This document shows, in pieces, positions 60,544-64,000 of a DNA stretch of 64,000 nt (position 1 is its first letter; each line of letters starts with the position of its first letter). The notes beneath the pieces are model-generated. The model was not told where the DNA came from and ran no database searches. It saw only the letters and a list, made by a program, of their open reading frames with translations. The stretch is from Spirochaetaceae bacterium. Lineage in GTDB: Bacteria; Spirochaetota; Spirochaetia; DSM-2461. Both the position numbers and the translations under genes were made by a program. The DNA is taken from contig OZ245056.1 of NCBI GenBank assembly GCA_965224705.1, positions 1,984,001-2,048,000 on the forward strand. Reading direction: 5' to 3'.

Positions 60544-63262
60544 CATACTTGTTTCGTTCATCTTTTCAGGCATGGCTGCTTTTTTCGGTGTACTTTTCTG
60601 GAATGAATTAAACAATGCGGTTAATCATACTGATGGTGTTCTTATAGGAGAAATTGTTGAGTTAACAGGCCAGGCTCAAAGACGATTTTCGAAGCAGAGT
60701 CAATGGACAGATCTCAGTATTGATTCCGCAATATATAATCTTGATTCCATCCGTACCGGAAGATCTTCTGTCGCTTCCATTGTGTTGAAGTCCTATGATG
60801 AAAGTGGTGAGGAAGTGTACGATGAAATACAGCTCGGTGCGGAAACATACATCATTGTTGATCTCACTGAAAATACCCGAACTGTGAATTTCATTGGAGG
60901 AAACGTCTTTGCTGCCGGATCTGCTGGTCTTGCTATCAGCACTGATACGACCACTGTCTACCCCGGGGAAGGGACTGTCAACCTCAATCTAACAGAAGAA
61001 GAGGGCATCAGTGTTAATGCGACGGATGGGGAAGTAAAGGTTGTTGTTAATGGTGAACAATCCGTTGTAAGTCCCGAATCAGTGCTGAGAATTGATGAAG
61101 AAGAAGGACATGTAACACAGGAAAGAACACCTGTAAAACCACTGACTCCAACAGCCAATGCACTCCTGCTGACCTACAACAATGCCAGGGAAGTTGATTT
61201 CTCCTGGGAATTATTGGCGAATTGGGAAACTCCTGTTCTGGAGATATCGCCGGATCTCACCTTCGAGAGTGGTGTGATTCGTCGAAATGCGGTCAACGAT
61301 TCCCTGAGCATGGAAATTGACCATGGTCACTGGTACTGGCGTCTTGCTGACGATGAAACAGGTGAGACCAGTATTGCAAGTTCTTTCAGTGTCAGTCTGG
61401 AGCAGAAGGTATCCTTGATGTCTCCTGTTCCAGATTCCACTCTTTCGTATTCAGGTGAGGCATTGACTGTGTTACTGCAGTGGGAACGGGCCTGGTTTGC
61501 GGAGTACTACAATGTTTTCATTGCAGACTCACCAGCCATATCCAATCCTCAAACAACTCTGGAGGTGAGGGGAAATTCAGTTCTCGTGGAAGAACTCTCC
61601 TCCGGACAATGGTGGTGGCAGGTTGTTCCTGTCTACCGTCGAGGTGAACTTGACAGCAATCTGTATAGTGAGACAAAAAGTTTCTTTGCCGAGAAGAGCA
61701 GGGGATTCAGCAGCATCGAGCTGATTTCTCCAGGCAACAGGAGTTCCATCTCGGCAGTTGAAGTTCAGGATGGAACATCTTTCCGATGGCTGAATCAGGA
61801 TGGAATCATTCAGTATGAAATAAAAATCTCCAATGATTCAAACTTCAACGAGTTGACTTCTGTTGCGGTCACACAGAGTAACTGGTACACGTTTAAACTT
61901 GATCCGGGAACATATTATTGGCAGGTTGAAGGCGATTCAGCAGAAGCTGCCAGGGTAACAGTCTCCCCAACATGGAATCTGGAGATTAAGCCAGGGAGTA
62001 GTTCCATTGAACTTCTGGATCCACTACCGGGGGAAAATATAGAATTCCAGCCTGGTAATCTTCATACATTCCACTGGAGAAGCGAATTGAAGGGGATGTC
62101 GAGATTCACTCTCAGGAGAGCTGATTTAAGGAATAAGACCAGAATAATTCAAAGTCTGACCGAAGAACCAAAGTTTACCATGCTGCTGCCCGATGAAGGT
62201 TCCTATATATGGCAGGTTCAGTTACTTGACAGCCTTGGTAATGTTGTGCTTGAAAGTCCGGAAGGTAACTTCAAGATTGTGAGAAATCTCAATCCACCGG
62301 ATCTCCTGTACCCTGTTCCTGAGGAAAGCATCAGTTTCCCCGCTGACCGCATTGTATTGTTGAACTGGTTACCTGCTGAGGGTGTTGATAGATACCAGGT
62401 TGTATTTAGAAGTCCCAATGGTACTATCGTTTCTCAGGATGATGAAGTACTGGGTTTGATAAAAGAAATCTATATCCCGAGAAACTTTGGCGGTGGAACC
62501 TATCAGGTTGAGCTTGCTTCTGTACGGGAGAATCCAGTTATCAGGGAACTTGGTGTTAGCGAAAAGGCAGTATTCAGTTTCAATATAGAAGATGCCATAA
62601 AACTGGAAGCTGCGATTCCTTTAACACCAGGTAACGGTACTGTGATAAACAGCCAGGAGATTTCTTCGAATGGACTTCTGCTGCAATGGGAGACAGGCCC
62701 ATTTCTCACACGATGGGCAGTTGAATTGAGCAGAAATTCTTCAGTCGCACAGTATTATCCAACTGACTCCCCACGACTCTTACTGACTGAATTAGAATCT
62801 GGGCAGTATCGCTGGACAGTTCATTCATGGGATAAGTCCAATATAGAAGCACCATTGAGCCGGGGCAACAATTTTACAGTAATAGATTATGAATACCTTC
62901 CACCTCCTGTCATCAGATCGCCGGAAACTGGCGAGAATATTGATATGACCGGTGCCAAAAACTTGAGATTTGAATGGCAATCAGCCAGTGATGATGCTTT
63001 TACAGAATTGAAACTGTATAGTGGAAACTCGCAGATTCTGCTGTTCCAGATAGCAGATCTCAAGAATTCCTTCTATGTGTTGGAAAACCTGAGTATTCTG
63101 GATATAGGGGATTTTGTGTTGGAACTGACATCCTATACGAAATCCTCAGGGAAGGAAATTGCTCGAAGGAGTACCGTAGTTCGAGTTCCTTTTTCGTTGT
63201 CTGTCAAACTTCCTGGAACAGCCCCGCAGATTCTAACTCGCGAGTTGCTGTATGCTGATTAG
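60512..63262 (+). CDS. FecR-domain membrane protein with about 7 FN3/Ig-like repeats
   Basis: AGGAGG RBS before ATG 60512; TM helix; IYNLDSIRTG...IQLGAET FecR-like motif; repeated GxYxWxV motifs. Confidence 0.8.
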   Translation: MKLSTRSLVRNILVSFIFSGMAAFFGVLFWNELNNAVNHTDGVLIGEIVELTGQAQRRFSKQSQWTDLSIDSAIYNLDSIRTGRSSVASIVLKSYDESGEEVYDEIQLGAETYIIVDLTENTRTVNFIGGNVFAAGSAGLAISTDTTTVYPGEGTVNLNLTEEEGISVNATDGEVKVVVNGEQSVVSPESVLRIDEEEGHVTQERTPVKPLTPTANALLLTYNNAREVDFSWELLANWETPVLEISPDLTFESGVIRRNAVNDSLSMEIDHGHWYWRLADDETGETSIASSFSVSLEQKVSLMSPVPDSTLSYSGEALTVLLQWERAWFAEYYNVFIADSPAISNPQTTLEVRGNSVLVEELSSGQWWWQVVPVYRRGELDSNLYSETKSFFAEKSRGFSSIELISPGNRSSISAVEVQDGTSFRWLNQDGIIQYEIKISNDSNFNELTSVAVTQSNWYTFKLDPGTYYWQVEGDSAEAARVTVSPTWNLEIKPGSSSIELLDPLPGENIEFQPGNLHTFHWRSELKGMSRFTLRRADLRNKTRIIQSLTEEPKFTMLLPDEGSYIWQVQLLDSLGNVVLESPEGNFKIVRNLNPPDLLYPVPEESISFPADRIVLLNWLPAEGVDRYQVVFRSPNGTIVSQDDEVLGLIKEIYIPRNFGGGTYQVELASVRENPVIRELGVSEKAVFSFNIEDAIKLEAAIPLTPGNGTVINSQEISSNGLLLQWETGPFLTRWAVELSRNSSVAQYYPTDSPRLLLTELESGQYRWTVHSWDKSNIEAPLSRGNNFTVIDYEYLPPPVIRSPETGENIDMTGAKNLRFEWQSASDDAFTELKLYSGNSQILLFQIADLKNSFYVLENLSILDIGDFVLELTSYTKSSGKEIARRSTVVRVPFSLSVKLPGTAPQILTRELLYAD

Positions 63263-64000
63263 GGAATCAGACGGATACCATCTGTTTTTTCTAATTTTTT
63301 TTATCTCAACTATGATCATGGGAAACTTGACCGCCGCCGATCTCATTGAGTGGGAACCCTATGAGGAAGCTGATCATTACTTAGTAGAATTTCGTCAGGA
63401 TGGTGATCTTATTGCGGTATTCAGGAGTGAAATCTCCTCTTTGCCAGTTACACTCCGGCCTGGAAAATATGAATTCAGAGTTCTTGTTATGAGTCCATTT
63501 GGTAAAGAAATGATTGCAAGCCAGTGGGAAGAAGTACAGATTCTGTCCAATCTGGTACCTGTTATTTTGAGCTTTTCACCTGGAGAAATCTATCTGAACA
63601 GAGAGCCAGTTTTTACTGCACGTATTGCTGGATACAGAGAGATTCTGAATGAGAGTTTTAAATTCCAGTTGGAAAACGACGAGGGGAAAACTATTCCGCT
63701 TGTTGTTGAGAATTCCAGTGAACAGAATACTACTGAAAACATCTGGGATTTCGTTTTCCAGAAGCCGAAAAACAGAGATTTATCGGTGGGGAAATGGAAT
63801 TTCTTAATAGAAGATATAAGTACAAATCAGTCAAACATGATGAGTGGAGCTCTTACAGTGCATGAGCATTTCAAACCCGGATTGAAAGCCGTTGTACCGG
63901 GAAGAATCCGAATTGGAAAGGAATACAATGAATTAACTCTGAAAATTTCAGGGATGGAGAAGAATATTGAGATACTTTTTGATGGTCCATCAGATCTTAA
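63252..64000 (+). CDS. Exported FN3/Ig-like protein (runs off window)
   Basis: Manual translation MLIRESDGYHLFFLIFFISTMIMGNLTAADLIEWEPYEEADHYLVE...LRPGKYEFRV; open to the window end; overlaps the upstream stop. Confidence 0.75.
   Translation, partial: MLIRESDGYHLFFLIFFISTMIMGNLTAADLIEWEPYEEADHYLVEFRQDGDLIAVFRSEISSLPVTLRPGKYEFRVLVMSPFGKEMIASQWEEVQILSNLVPVILSFSPGEIYLNREPVFTARIAGYREILNESFKFQLENDEGKTIPLVVENSSEQNTTENIWDFVFQKPKNRDLSVGKWNFLIEDISTNQSNMMSGALTVHEHFKPGLKAVVPGRIRIGKEYNELTLKISGMEKNIEILFDGPSDL

Noticed and set aside
1..64000. CRISPR array, rRNA or tRNA genes
   Set aside because: No regular repeat-spacer array or recognisable RNA gene was seen; the repeats are dispersed IR-bounded elements

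Overview
A 64 kb chromosomal segment, most likely from a spirochaete. This is inferred from the spirochaete-type ParE/ParC pair, the cysS-ECF-antisigma block, the dual-cNMP regulator and the cyclase-FecR block. It is mostly housekeeping: metK, parEC, tsaE, rnz, htrA, proC, ptsP, aroB, monomeric icd, mgtE, murB, cysS, glyA, ftsH, glgX, hflKC, cimA-leuA and two OmpR-type two-component systems. The intergenic DNA carries many small mobile elements: (i) a complete 1.25 kb IS with GTGTCAGAAAGC ends and an atypical IS1-like D-D-N transposase, plus ~220 bp MITEs sharing its ends; (ii) a 161/53 bp GAG(C/T)CTGTCGGAC hairpin MITE family; (iii) an ISAs1-type MITE with a perfect 10 bp target duplication; (iv) IS630 and IS1380 remnants. 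The best candidates for undescribed biology are an operon joining a pseudo-Hpt/sensor/HAMP class III cyclase to a FecR-FN3-repeat protein and an exported FN3 protein, the IS/MITE system, and a leader-peptide attenuator upstream of cimA-leuA. No rRNA, tRNA or CRISPR array was seen. All calls come from manual reading, with no database searches.
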